A model generated the notes under the pieces. It did not search any database and was not told where the DNA came from. It saw only the letters and a program-made list of their open reading frames with translations. Made by a program: the position numbers and the translations under genes. A stretch of DNA of 36,377 nt from an uncultured Candidatus Saccharibacteria bacterium. GTDB lineage: Bacteria; Patescibacteriota; Minisyncoccia; Phycocordibacterales; PALSA-1337. Location: NCBI GenBank assembly GCA_964365535.1, contig CAYIQG010000002.1:1-36377 (forward strand), written 5' to 3'. Shown piece by piece: positions 1-9,335 of the stretch (its first letter is position 1; every line of letters begins with the position of its first letter).

Positions 1-57
1 CTTGGAAAGCGTGTGTGGAGCAATCCACCGAGGGTTCGAATCCCTCACCCTCCGCCA
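1..57 (+). tRNA. tRNA-Ser(GGA), 3' partial (window opens in the anticodon stem-loop)
   Basis: Anticodon loop uuGGAaa (2-8). Long variable arm GTGGA/TCCAC (15-28), typical of type II tRNAs. T-arm GAGGG-TTCGAAT-CCCTC (30-46). Acceptor 3' strand plus encoded CCA (47-57). Confidence 0.8.
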
Positions 58-107
58 GTGATCTGTACCCCATAAAGTGGACACACTTATGAAACTGATC
101 TTTATGC

Positions 108-135
108 TTGACTTTCATCATTGATTTGATAGTAT
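108..135 (+). promoter_or_regulatory. Putative sigma70-type promoter TTGACT-N16-TAGTAT
   Basis: TTGACT at 108-113, a 16-nt spacer, TAGTAT at 130-135. It would start a transcript near 142, about 80 nt upstream of the NYN gene. Confidence 0.4.
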
Positions 136-148
136 ATCAGTATACCTT

Positions 149-198
149 CTGTCGCTTCGGTGGCAGAACGCGAAACCGCAATCTTGTATTGCGGTTTC
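149..198 (+). promoter_or_regulatory. Two stem-loops in the putative 5' leader of the NYN gene
   Basis: CTGTCGC-UUCG-GTGGCAG (149-166) has a UUCG tetraloop and two G.U pairs valid only on the + strand. A perfect 11-bp stem GAAACCGCAAT/ATTGCGGTTTC follows (172-198). No U-tract follows, so it is not a classic terminator. Confidence 0.4.
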
Positions 199-223
199 TG
201 CATTATAAGGATATTCTATTATA

Positions 224-940
224 ATGAAATTATATATTTATATTGACGGATTTAATCTATATTATGGTTGCCTTAAAGGTACCCCACACAAATGGCTTGA
301 TGTATTCAAACTGTGCAAGTACCTTTTTCCGCATGACGAGATTGTAAAGATTAAATATTTTACGGCACCTATAAGAAATCGGGAAAACGATATCGACAGT
401 GAACGCCCAAATAGACAACAGATTTATTTTCGTGCCCTGAGAACTATTAAAAATCTAGAAATCATTGAAGGAATGTTTTTGTCACATAATGTGAGTATGA
501 AACTAGCAACTGGGAGAGGATTTGCAACTGTGATTAAAAGTGAAGAAAAAGGAACTGATGTGAATATCGCAACTCATCTAATTCATGACGCGCACAATAA
601 GAAATTTGAGAAAGCAGTTGTAATATCAAATGATTCTGATCTGGTAACTCCTATTCGTATTGTGACTAAAGAGATCACCAGTCTTGTGACTGTGATCAGT
701 CCATTCAAAAGAAATAATATAGAATTGATGGAGGCAGCAACAAATATTAAAAAGATAAGGCGCGGAGTTCTCGGTGTTAGCCAATTTCCTTATAGACTGA
801 ATGATGCTATAGGAGAATTTTTTATACCTGAAAAGTGGATTCCAAAAGACCAATTAAAAGTGAAGGCAATTCTCTTCGACTTTATGGGTGTTTTGTTATT
901 TCCTCGGAAAGATTATAGGTCAGACAAAATATGTGTTTAA
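224..940 (+). CDS. NYN (PIN-like, LabA/DUF88-type) domain protein with a HAD-like C-terminal tail
   Basis: N-terminus LYIYIDGFNLYYG, then GTDVNIA and VVISNDSDL acidic motifs typical of NYN nucleases. The last ~25 aa (KAILFDFMGVLLF) resemble HAD hydrolase motif I. Confidence 0.75.
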   Translation: MKLYIYIDGFNLYYGCLKGTPHKWLDVFKLCKYLFPHDEIVKIKYFTAPIRNRENDIDSERPNRQQIYFRALRTIKNLEIIEGMFLSHNVSMKLATGRGFATVIKSEEKGTDVNIATHLIHDAHNKKFEKAVVISNDSDLVTPIRIVTKEITSLVTVISPFKRNNIELMEAATNIKKIRRGVLGVSQFPYRLNDAIGEFFIPEKWIPKDQLKVKAILFDFMGVLLFPRKDYRSDKICV

Positions 941-1049
941 ATAATTCGGTTATCCTAAAATACATAGTTAACTAAAAAATGTTAAAATAGCGGAATGCAT
1001 CTCAATAGCTTTCGAAGAAGCTTTGAAAGTCGTCAAATAATATTATAAA

Positions 1050-2336
1050 ATGCCTTTTGAATATCTATTTTCAAATATCGTGAATTATATAGAAATCGGA
1101 GCCACGCATGGCGGCTATGTGTTTCTTTTCTTAATATCAATAATCGAAGCTGTTCCGCTTATTGGCGCGACCGTGCCGGGACATACCGCGGTTATTATTT
1201 CCGGGTTTCTGGCGAGGATTGGCATATTCAATATCTGGATTGTAATAATTCTCGCGTCTCTTGGAGCCATTATCGGAGATATGATCGGTTTCCATTTGGG
1301 TAAAAAGTACGGCATGTCTCTTATAGATAGATTCAAATCAAGATTCTTCATAAGCGAGAAACATATCGAGAAGACACGAAGTCTTATAAATAAGCATACC
1401 GGCAAAGCTCTTATTATCGGCAGGTTCAATCCGCTTACGCGTCCACTTATGCCTTTTATCGTCGGGACAAGCCATGTGAGAACGGGAACTTTTTGGATAT
1501 ATAATATTATCGGAGGAATATTGTGGGCGACATCGTCGGTAATGATCGGATACATTTTCGGCTCGGGATATCGCGCGGCCGCGCAATATGCCGGTAAAGG
1601 CATTGTCGTGGCTATTTTGGCGACACTACTGATAATATGGGGATACAGATTTGTCAATATGCGTTTTCATATATTTAGGCGATATGAATTATTTGCTTTG
1701 ATACTGAACATTCTTTCATTTTGGGCATTGGCAAAAACAATGGAAGACGCGTGGGCGGTTCAATCATTCATGGCGCAATTTGATATTTGGGTGAATCAAT
1801 TCATGGCAAGTTTGACTATTAATATTATGCCAATTGAGGGTACGATTGCGGGTTTTGTAAGCGCGATTGGTGGTACGAAAGCGGTTATTGCCGCCGGCAC
1901 TCTCATTAGCGTCATATTTATTTTAAGAAAGAGGTGGAGATCCGCGGTCATAATGATATTATCTATTGGTTCTACGGGATTCATAATAGAGCTTATGAAG
2001 ACATTCTTCATGCGCGCCAGACCTGAAAATGCTCTTCAAATCTTGAATGACTATAGTTTTCCCAGCGGGCATGCGGCTCTGGCGGCGGCGTTTTTCATTG
2101 TTATCGCCTATCTCTTCACGCCGAAGATTCATTCTTGGGTCAAGAGGGAATTGTTTATAGTTATTTGCGTATTAGTCATTATATTGATTGGCGTAAGTCG
2201 AATTGTCTTGAATGTGCACTGGGTCTCCGATGTTATCGCCGGCTGGTCGCTGGGCATATTCTGCGCTACGGCGACAATACTTCTTGTTCGTTATGTTGGC
2301 GCGTTAGTCACGCGGAAGGGATTAAAAGAAATTTAA
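1050..2336 (+). CDS. DedA-family membrane protein fused to a PAP2 (type 2 phosphatidic acid/undecaprenyl-diphosphate phosphatase) domain
   Basis: The N-terminal half resembles DedA/SNARE-associated proteins (PGHTAVIISGFLA, GRFNPLTRP). The C-terminal half carries all three PAP2 motifs: KTFFMRARP (Kx6RP), PSGH and SRIVLNVHWVSD (SRx5Hx3D). Confidence 0.8.
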   Translation: MPFEYLFSNIVNYIEIGATHGGYVFLFLISIIEAVPLIGATVPGHTAVIISGFLARIGIFNIWIVIILASLGAIIGDMIGFHLGKKYGMSLIDRFKSRFFISEKHIEKTRSLINKHTGKALIIGRFNPLTRPLMPFIVGTSHVRTGTFWIYNIIGGILWATSSVMIGYIFGSGYRAAAQYAGKGIVVAILATLLIIWGYRFVNMRFHIFRRYELFALILNILSFWALAKTMEDAWAVQSFMAQFDIWVNQFMASLTINIMPIEGTIAGFVSAIGGTKAVIAAGTLISVIFILRKRWRSAVIMILSIGSTGFIIELMKTFFMRARPENALQILNDYSFPSGHAALAAAFFIVIAYLFTPKIHSWVKRELFIVICVLVIILIGVSRIVLNVHWVSDVIAGWSLGIFCATATILLVRYVGALVTRKGLKEI

Positions 2337-2348
2337 TTTATTATATTT

Positions 2349-3041
2349 ATGCGTAAATTAGTTCTGATCAGGCATGGCGAGAGTATATATAACAAAGAGA
2401 AGATTTTTTGCGGTTGGACTGATGTTGAGCTGACGGAAAATGGCATTGAAGAGGCTCACCACGCGGGACAATTATTGAAGAAAGAGGGGTATTCGTTTGA
2501 TATAGCGTTCGCTTCTGTCTTGAAAAGAGCCATTGATACTCTGAGTATCATTCTTGAAGAAATGAATGAGGAGAATATACCGATTGAATATTCATGGAGA
2601 TTGAATGAAAGGCATTATGGAGCTTTGCAAGGTTTGAAGCATGAACAAATGGCGAATGAATACGGAGCCGAGCAGGTGAGGTTGTGGCGCAGGAGTTACA
2701 AAGTGAAGCCACCGCTTCTGAAACTCGATGATTCGCGATATCCCGGAAATGATGTGAAGTACAAAGATTTGGACAAGAATGCTCTACCGCGCGGGGAATC
2801 ATTGGAAGACACGGTAAAGAGAGTATTGCCTTATTGGGATGGGGAAATCGCGCCGAAAATTCTTGAAGGAAAAAGTGTTATAGTTTCCGCGAGCGGCAAT
2901 AGTCTGCGCGCCCTCATTAAACATATTGATGGAATGGATGATGATGAGATAGTTCGTTTGGAAATAAAAATGGGCGTGCCGCTAGTATATGAGCTTGAAG
3001 ATGATGGTTTGAAACCGATACGACATTATTATTTAGGGTAG
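2349..3041 (+). CDS. gpmA: 2,3-bisphosphoglycerate-dependent phosphoglycerate mutase
   Basis: LIRHGESIYN catalytic His motif, RHYGALQG, 230 aa, typical dPGM length. Confidence 0.9.
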   Translation: MRKLVLIRHGESIYNKEKIFCGWTDVELTENGIEEAHHAGQLLKKEGYSFDIAFASVLKRAIDTLSIILEEMNEENIPIEYSWRLNERHYGALQGLKHEQMANEYGAEQVRLWRRSYKVKPPLLKLDDSRYPGNDVKYKDLDKNALPRGESLEDTVKRVLPYWDGEIAPKILEGKSVIVSASGNSLRALIKHIDGMDDDEIVRLEIKMGVPLVYELEDDGLKPIRHYYLG

Positions 3042-3064
3042 TTATTTGTTATTTCTGCTTCGTT

Positions 3065-3092
3065 TGTCATTCCCGCGAAAGCGGGAATGACA
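3065..3092. repeat. Palindromic REP-like element, copy 1 (TGTC-ATTCCCGC-GAAA-GCGGGAAT-GACA)
   Basis: 12-bp perfect stem with a GAAA loop, 24 nt after the gpmA stop. The core ATTCCCGCGAAAGCGGGAAT recurs at 20672-20691 and 27612-27631. Confidence 0.85.
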
Positions 3093-3260
3093 TTTGTGTC
3101 GTAATATTTGAACAAATTACATCATAGCTGGCGAGTTAGTGAATAAGCCATTATTTCAGAATTGTTTTTGACTACAAGTCAATTTTATTGAATCAAATGG
3201 TAAGTAGTTGACGGAGGAGTATAATAGTCCGAGCGAGAGTTAATCAACTCGCCTAATAAT

Positions 3261-3332
3261 ATGGCAGAACCAGTCAAGAAGCCGGTTCCTCCGGTACCGC
3301 CACAGCCGACAACACCGCCTGCAGAGGCGTAG
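3261..3332 (+). CDS. Speculative 23-aa proline-rich micro-ORF (MAEPVKKPVPPVPPQPTTPPAEA)
   Basis: ATG-to-TAG frame in an otherwise empty 330-bp spacer, GC-rich compared with its surroundings. A + strand terminator hairpin follows 15 nt later. No homology support. Confidence 0.15.
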   Translation: MAEPVKKPVPPVPPQPTTPPAEA

Positions 3333-3346
3333 TTTTCGGTAGAAGG

Positions 3347-3371
3347 AAGCCCCATACGGGGTTTTCTTTTT
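3347..3371 (+). terminator. Intrinsic terminator (AAGCCCC-ATAC-GGGGTTT + TCTTTTT)
   Basis: Short G/C-rich stem followed by a T-run on the + strand only. It abuts the eno stop codon, but the polarity fits a + strand transcript. Confidence 0.5.
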
Positions 3372-3373
3372 AC

Positions 3374-4678
<1,305 letters not shown>

Positions 4679-4726
4679 TTATTAAATGAATGTATAGTGA
4701 TTTCATTATATGCTATTCTTCTAATT

Positions 4727-5542
4727 ATGAAAACTAATAAAACTTCATGGGGCAATGTGGCCGAATGGTATGATGACTTGCTTTCGCAATCGTCGGATTC
4801 ATATCAAGAGAAAGTAATCTTGCCGAATTTACTTCGTATTATTGAGCCTAAGGGGGGTATGACGGTTGTTGACATCGCTTGTGGCCAAGGATATTTCTCC
4901 AGAGTTATTCAAGAAAAAGGCGCTAAAGTTATCGGTTGTGATATTTCGAAAGAATTGATTGATTTGGCAAAAGCTCATTCTCCAAAGGAAATTGAATATC
5001 ACACCGCGTCCGCGGATAATCTATCATTTATAAAAGACGCGACCGCCGATGTGGTCGTAATAATCCTTTCTATCCAAAATATTGAGAATATTGACGGTGT
5101 CTTCATTGAATGCACTCGAATCCTTAAATCAGACGGACGATTGGTTCTGGTTTTAAATCATCCGGCTTTTCGCATACCGAAAAGGTCGAGTTGGGAATGG
5201 GCTATTCAGCCAATTAGTTCATCAATAACTGGTGCGCCGAAGATTGGTTTACCGAAAGAGATCAATTTCCGTAGAATTGACGGCTATATGTCGGAAAGCC
5301 GCATTGAAATTGACATGACTCCTGGGGAGACAGACATTAAAAAGAAAAAAATAACAATTTCATTTCATAGATCGCTCCAAACATATTTCAAGTCCATGAA
5401 TAAATCCGGATTTGCCATAACTCACCTCGAGGAATGGATTTCCCATAAAAAAAGTGAGAAAGGAAAGCGGGCGCAGGAGGAAGATAGGATGAGGAAAGAA
5501 ATACCGATATTTTTGTGTTTGGAGGGGAGGAATATGCCATGA
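4727..5542 (+). CDS. Class I SAM-dependent methyltransferase
   Basis: Motif I VVDIACGQGYFS, and a methyltransferase-type-11-like fold (LKSDGRLVLV). I prefer the ATG at 4727 over the GTG at 4697 given in the ORF track. Confidence 0.8.
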   Translation: MKTNKTSWGNVAEWYDDLLSQSSDSYQEKVILPNLLRIIEPKGGMTVVDIACGQGYFSRVIQEKGAKVIGCDISKELIDLAKAHSPKEIEYHTASADNLSFIKDATADVVVIILSIQNIENIDGVFIECTRILKSDGRLVLVLNHPAFRIPKRSSWEWAIQPISSSITGAPKIGLPKEINFRRIDGYMSESRIEIDMTPGETDIKKKKITISFHRSLQTYFKSMNKSGFAITHLEEWISHKKSEKGKRAQEEDRMRKEIPIFLCLEGRNMP

Positions 5543-5632
5543 GTGCCTAACTTTCGCGAAAATGCCAAAAAGCATAATTGCGATTGCGAGTAGTGCGCCT
5601 AAAATATAGGCAAATAATATATTTGTATCCAT
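5360..5632 (-). CDS. Small hydrophobic peptide 2, with an ORF that runs on antisense into the methyltransferase 3' end
   Basis: The first 30 aa (MDTNILFAYILGALLAIAIMLFGIFAKVRH) form one TM helix. They align without gaps to the upstream 33-aa peptide at about 10 identical positions. The ATG lies 2 nt after that peptide's stop. The true C-terminus is uncertain. Confidence 0.3.
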   Translation of the reverse strand: MDTNILFAYILGALLAIAIMLFGIFAKVRHSWHIPPLQTQKYRYFFPHPIFLLRPLSFLTFFMGNPFLEVSYGKSGFIHGLEICLERSMK

Positions 5633-5634
5633 AA

Positions 5635-5736
5635 TTATTTATCACCCTGCCGTATCTTTGCGATCAATCCAACTACTCCAAAACCGATAACAACAATACC
5701 AGCTAGAATATATACTTCTATTAAGTTTAATTGCAT
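5635..5736 (-). CDS. Small hydrophobic peptide 1 (33 aa, MQLNLIEVYILAGIVVIGFGVVGLIAKIRQGDK)
   Basis: Below the ORF-track size cutoff. Single TM helix with a basic tail. A good promoter sits directly upstream with its -10 element 6 nt from the ATG. Confidence 0.4.
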   Translation of the reverse strand: MQLNLIEVYILAGIVVIGFGVVGLIAKIRQGDK

Positions 5737-5742
5737 AACTAC

Positions 5743-5770
5743 ATTCTAGGCAAAATTTGATTGAAGTCAA
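5743..5770 (-). promoter_or_regulatory. Promoter TTGACT-N16-TAGAAT, -10 element 6 nt from the ATG at 5736
   Basis: Minus-strand reading: TTGACT (5770-5765), 16-nt spacer, TAGAAT (5748-5743), GTAGTT, ATG. Confidence 0.5.
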
Positions 5771-5791
5771 TATTTACTGGTCAAAACATTC

Positions 5792-6430
5792 ATGATAATA
5801 TTACCTATCGTGATCCAACCCGGACAAAAGCATCATCTCGGAGACAAAGCGCTTTTCTTCATGCTCCTCCAGAATATTAGCCCGGCAATATTTTTACTTT
5901 TTGTTGTCTTCATAATCGCCATCGCATGGGACACATTGAGCCAAGGGCTCGCAAATACCGGGGATGTTTTAGGGCAATTTCCATTTCTGGCAGGTTCCAG
6001 CATTGCCTCTCTAATGCCTTCTTTTATTTTGATAATAATATTCCTCGCAATAATTCTCGGCTGTATCGGCGCTCTCATCGCTCTATTAAAGTACCGTTTT
6101 TTTACTTTTACCATCGAAGAGTTCGATTTGCGGTTAAAAAAAGGTATTTTTAATATTGAAGAGATCACCATACCGTATCGCCAAATGCAAAATGTCGATG
6201 TTGTTCGAAACATTTTATATCGAATATTCGGTATTAGTAAATTGGTAATAATGTCCGCCGGACATGACGAAGACCCGACGGACGAAGCGACGACCAGCAC
6301 GGTTTTCAACCCAATTGCTCGCGATCTGGCAGAGGAAATACGGACTTTATTGGAAAGGCGTATTGGTATTCAGATTATTGAACATATTGAGAAAGCAGAT
6401 AAAGAAGAACAAGTTAATTCGTATCTTTGA
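5792..6430 (+). CDS. Membrane protein with a bacterial PH domain (bPH_2/YdbS-YdbT-like)
   Basis: Two N-terminal TM helices, then ITIPYRQMQNVDVVRNILYRIFGISKLVIMSAG, which resembles the bPH_2 (DUF304) signature. Confidence 0.6.
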   Translation: MIILPIVIQPGQKHHLGDKALFFMLLQNISPAIFLLFVVFIIAIAWDTLSQGLANTGDVLGQFPFLAGSSIASLMPSFILIIIFLAIILGCIGALIALLKYRFFTFTIEEFDLRLKKGIFNIEEITIPYRQMQNVDVVRNILYRIFGISKLVIMSAGHDEDPTDEATTSTVFNPIARDLAEEIRTLLERRIGIQIIEHIEKADKEEQVNSYL

Positions 6431-7592
6431 TTGTTAAGGTTGGATATAGGGCTAATAAAGAGATGACGCCAATCACAATAAACATATACTGATTCGTCGT
6501 GAATAAAAGTCCAATCATAGTTATAGCAGGCGCGATGAAATAGGAAACTGGACGAGTAATGCGGAAAATCCCGAGGGCCGCCGAATCACGCGAAGAAACC
6601 GTCTTGAAGAAATATGTTTCCATCATCACTTCAGCGGTAGCCGCGCCGACCCTTGTCACAAACAAAACCAGAGCCCAAAGGGCGATATTAGGCACTTTAA
6701 TGAAAGCCAGAACTATAGTGGCAAGACCCATCAAGGCAAAACCCATAGCCATCATTTCTTTTTCACCGTATTTCTTGTCCGCTAGTTTGCCGAGAGGATA
6801 TTGAATAAGGGGGAATGGCAAAAGCATGATTGTGAGGATAATGCCGATACTTTCCCAACCAAAACCCATAGTTTTATTCAGATAAATAGGGCTATAAACG
6901 GTCATCCAAGCGTAGAAAACTTGAAGTATCGTATTCGCGGTGAATAATCTCACCCAATTTTTGTTATGGCCGATATGTTTGACAAGTTGCCATGGCGAGA
7001 GATGCATATAATTCGGGTCTTTGAATTTAGGGAAATTACGGTATATGAGATATAGAAGCGGGAAAAGCATTGCCAATGCGGCTATATAAGTATTTCGAAA
7101 ATTATTCGTATTACCGATAAGCATAGTGCCTATTAGAGGGGCAATTATCCATGAAGCATTGAGCGTGGCCGTGTACATTCCGCGGACTGTGCCAACATGA
7201 GCGCTGTCGGTATAAACTTCCAGGAAAATATCCAATGTAAGTCCAATCAATGATATAATGGCGCTTTGTAGAATAAACAATATCGCGATAGTTGTACTAG
7301 ATGTAGCGGTAATTAGTCCATAAAATATGGCGATTTGCGCCATTACCAAAAACATCGCTATTCTATAATTGCCCCAGCGCCTTATGAATGACGGCGCGAA
7401 CAGGAAAGCGAAAATCGAAACCGCCGCTCCGGCCATGTAGATGTATCCAAGGAGAGTTTCATCGGCGAATAGGCTTAGGAAACTGGAATTCGAATACATC
7501 GGCAAAACCAAATGCATTGTATAGATAAAGCCAATAATCGCGATAGTATATATAGTATGGCTTTTCGGCAAAGATCTTGGTTCTGTGTTCAT
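6414..7592 (-). CDS. MFS transporter
   Basis: 392 aa with about 12 predicted TM segments and an MFS-like loop (GKLADKKYGEK). Its 3' end overlaps the convergent gene by 17 nt. Confidence 0.75.
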   Translation of the reverse strand: MNTEPRSLPKSHTIYTIAIIGFIYTMHLVLPMYSNSSFLSLFADETLLGYIYMAGAAVSIFAFLFAPSFIRRWGNYRIAMFLVMAQIAIFYGLITATSSTTIAILFILQSAIISLIGLTLDIFLEVYTDSAHVGTVRGMYTATLNASWIIAPLIGTMLIGNTNNFRNTYIAALAMLFPLLYLIYRNFPKFKDPNYMHLSPWQLVKHIGHNKNWVRLFTANTILQVFYAWMTVYSPIYLNKTMGFGWESIGIILTIMLLPFPLIQYPLGKLADKKYGEKEMMAMGFALMGLATIVLAFIKVPNIALWALVLFVTRVGAATAEVMMETYFFKTVSSRDSAALGIFRITRPVSYFIAPAITMIGLLFTTNQYMFIVIGVISLLALYPTLTIKDTN

Positions 7593-7613
7593 GATATTTA
7601 ATTATATGTTCAA

Positions 7614-7637
7614 TTATTATAGCAGATGCTATAATAA
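7614..7637. promoter_or_regulatory. Palindromic pair of divergent extended -10 promoters (TGCTATAAT on both strands)
   Basis: TTATTATAGCA-GA-TGCTATAATAA. TGCTATAAT on the + strand (7627-7635) faces frr. TGCTATAAT on the - strand (7624-7616) faces the MFS gene. Confidence 0.45.
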
Positions 7638-7664
7638 TCCCATACTAATAACCAATATTTCTCT

Positions 7665-8216
7665 ATGTCATACGATTTTTCCACATTCAAGAAACAGTTA
7701 GCACAAATAGAAGAATGGCAGAAGAAGGAGTTTCAGCAGATGCGCACCGGTCAAGCCTCGCCGGCAATTCTCGATGGCGTGCGCGTGGAATCCTTCGGCG
7801 CGCAAATGTCAATCCGAGAAATAGCCAGTGTGACAATAGAGGGGGCGAGAACCATAAGGATATCTCCTTGGGACAAAGGCCAAGTAAAAGAAATAGAAAA
7901 AGCGATTTCTTTGGCGAATCTGGGAGTATCAATTGTTGTTGATGAACAAGGTTTGCGCGTCAATTTTCCGGAATTAACTTCCGAAAGGCGCGAGCTCATA
8001 GTGAAGCTCGCCAAGGAAAAGCTTGAGGAGGCGCGCAGGCAGATTCGCCAGCATCGCGATACCGTGATAAAGGATTTACAAGTAAAAGAGAAAGCGGGTG
8101 GTATGGGTAAAGACGAGATTTTCAGATTGAAGAATGAGACGCAGAAAATAGTTGATGAACTGAATAAAAAGCTGGAGGAAGTTTATTCCAAGAAAGAAAA
8201 GGAAATACTTAGTTAG
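7665..8216 (+). CDS. frr: Ribosome recycling factor
   Basis: 183 aa, RTGQASPAILDGVRVE and ISPWD motifs typical of RRF. Confidence 0.95.
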   Translation: MSYDFSTFKKQLAQIEEWQKKEFQQMRTGQASPAILDGVRVESFGAQMSIREIASVTIEGARTIRISPWDKGQVKEIEKAISLANLGVSIVVDEQGLRVNFPELTSERRELIVKLAKEKLEEARRQIRQHRDTVIKDLQVKEKAGGMGKDEIFRLKNETQKIVDELNKKLEEVYSKKEKEILS

Positions 8217-8240
8217 TAGAAGTTAAACAAAATAATAATT

Positions 8241-9335
8241 GTGGCTACCGTAATAATATTTCTCATAGTTCTCGCCGTACTCATATTCGTCCATGAATTG
8301 GGGCATTTTCTCGCCGCTAAGTTATTTGGTATCCGCGTGGACGCTTTTGCCGTCGGTTTTGGACCGAAAATTATTTCATGGAAAAGAGGAGAGACGGTCT
8401 ATTCGCTACGGCTTATTCCATTTGGCGGCTATGTGAAAATATTCGGCGAGAATCCGGATACGGCATCTATTTCCGGCCCAGATTCGAAAAGGAGTATTGC
8501 GAATAAACCGAGATGGCAACAGGCGATAGTTCTGGTGGCTGGAATTACCTTCAATTTTATTTTCGCCTGGCTATTGTATATTACAATCTTCACGGCTGGA
8601 GTTACGGCAACTACGGATGGTTTTGAACAATACGCGAATCAGTTTACCAATTCAAGAATAATGATAACGCAAATTTTGCCGGGTTCGCCGGCAGATAAGG
8701 CAGATATTAGAGTTGGGGATATTATCTCGTCCATTGGCAATGTTAATGGGAATGACACGGTTGAAAACATACAACAATTTATAAATTCAAAAGGCGGCAA
8801 TACGATCGGAATGCGACTTATAAGGAATAATGAATCGAAGAATATTGATGTGATTCCAGTTCAGGGTATCGTTGAAAATAAATACGCCATAGGCATAGCC
8901 ATGCAAAATGTCGCAGATTTAAAATTACCATTTTTTACCGCGATTTATGAAGGATTGCATTATACAATCATAATGATAAAAGACACGGCTGTGGGTCTTT
9001 TTAGTTTCTTCTCGAATATTTTCCAAGGCACGGCTAACTTCGCCGATGTTGCCGGACCAATCGGTATCGCGGGTATTATCGGTAATGCCGCCGAGCTCGG
9101 TTTCACCTATCTTATGATGATTACCGCGATAATCTCAATTAATCTTGGCATAATAAATCTGATTCCATTCCCGGCGCTTGATGGCGGCCGTATTCTTTTT
9201 GTTGCTATTGAAGGTATCATTCGTCGCCGTATTCCGGAGAAGTTTTTCAATATCGTGAATACGGTTGGATTCACGCTTCTCATGGCGCTTATGGTACTTG
9301 TAACTTATAAGGATATTGTTAAACTATTCAAATGA
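8241..9335 (+). CDS. rseP: RIP metalloprotease RseP (site-2 protease, M50)
   Basis: HELGHF zinc motif at the N-terminus, a PDZ-like middle (GSPADKADIRVGDII), and the NLIPFPALDGG motif. GTG start. Confidence 0.9.
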   Translation: MATVIIFLIVLAVLIFVHELGHFLAAKLFGIRVDAFAVGFGPKIISWKRGETVYSLRLIPFGGYVKIFGENPDTASISGPDSKRSIANKPRWQQAIVLVAGITFNFIFAWLLYITIFTAGVTATTDGFEQYANQFTNSRIMITQILPGSPADKADIRVGDIISSIGNVNGNDTVENIQQFINSKGGNTIGMRLIRNNESKNIDVIPVQGIVENKYAIGIAMQNVADLKLPFFTAIYEGLHYTIIMIKDTAVGLFSFFSNIFQGTANFADVAGPIGIAGIIGNAAELGFTYLMMITAIISINLGIINLIPFPALDGGRILFVAIEGIIRRRIPEKFFNIVNTVGFTLLMALMVLVTYKDIVKLFK

